Positions 63,701-64,000 of a DNA stretch of 64,000 nucleotides are shown piece after piece. Made by a program: the position numbers and the translations under genes. Below the pieces are notes generated by a model. It saw nothing but the letters and a program-made list of their open reading frames with translations. It was not told where the DNA came from and made no database searches. Location of the stretch: positions 744,001 to 808,000 of the forward strand of contig JAYWIR010000045.1 of assembly GCA_036172245.1 (NCBI GenBank), written 5' to 3'. Position 1 is the stretch's first letter, and every line of letters starts with the position of its first letter. Source of the DNA: Raillietiella orientalis (Eukaryota).

Positions 63701-64000
63701 TCTCGAGGGATGTCCGTTCTTAAGGGTTTTTGTGTTCCCGAACGATTTATTTTTATCTTTTCGCAGCATCTTCTCCTCTCCCGCGAGTTATTAGCGCTCT
63801 CGGATGCGAGCGAAAAGCACACACGAGGAGTGGGCGCGCGGGCGGAGTGCGGCTCGAGAGGCCGGGCCTCGCGCGCGCTCACAAAGAAGCGGCCATGCTG
63901 ATGCGACCCCAGCGGGAAAACTCGGAGGGAGGGCATGGCGGTGGCGTCCGTTGGCATTCTCGTCGACGACGACACCGGCGGCGGCGCTCGAGATTCAGCG

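Noticed and set aside
37900..64000. Hundreds of overlapping 60-315 aa ORFs in all six frames (e.g. 37918-38952, 50543-51490, 61389-62189)
   Set aside because: They are Arg/Pro/Gly/Ser-rich, mutually overlapping and expected from stop-codon scarcity at high GC. I found no intact domain or consistent splice structure, and the only recognisable motifs are decayed TE motifs that jump between frames.
29000..64000. Bacterial contamination or horizontal transfer as the cause of high GC
   Set aside because: There are no operon-like intact genes, the content is eukaryotic TEs and NUMTs, and GC rises gradually across 25-41 kb. A chimeric join cannot be fully excluded without reads.

Overview
Eukaryotic (metazoan, probably invertebrate) nuclear DNA with two contrasting halves. 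The AT-rich left part (1 to ~25 kb) holds three compact spliced genes that I reconstructed exon by exon: a HIP14/ZDHHC17-type ankyrin-repeat DHHC palmitoyltransferase (-), a Caprin-family RNA-granule protein (-), and an HPS5-like protein with a C-terminal RING-H2 finger (+). Fifteen of their 20 introns are only 35-54 nt, and decayed gypsy and BEL/Pao LTR-element fragments lie between the genes. From ~25-29 kb onward GC rises steeply (hand-counted 60-nt lines: 20-35% on the left, 63-75% on the right). In that part I found no intact host gene, only nested, heavily decayed mobile elements (Tx1/L1-like, RTE-like and R1/I-like LINEs, BEL/Pao, hAT and piggyBac remnants), mitochondrial cytochrome b insertions (NUMTs), an unclassified ~0.4-0.75 kb dispersed repeat with a conserved hairpin and ~40-bp sub-repeats, and a nearly perfect nested inverted repeat. 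The many overlapping ORFs there are most likely GC artefacts. The most unusual signal is that fossils of normally AT-rich elements appear to have drifted towards GC/CpG. Fossil assignments come from motif recognition by eye, not from database searches.
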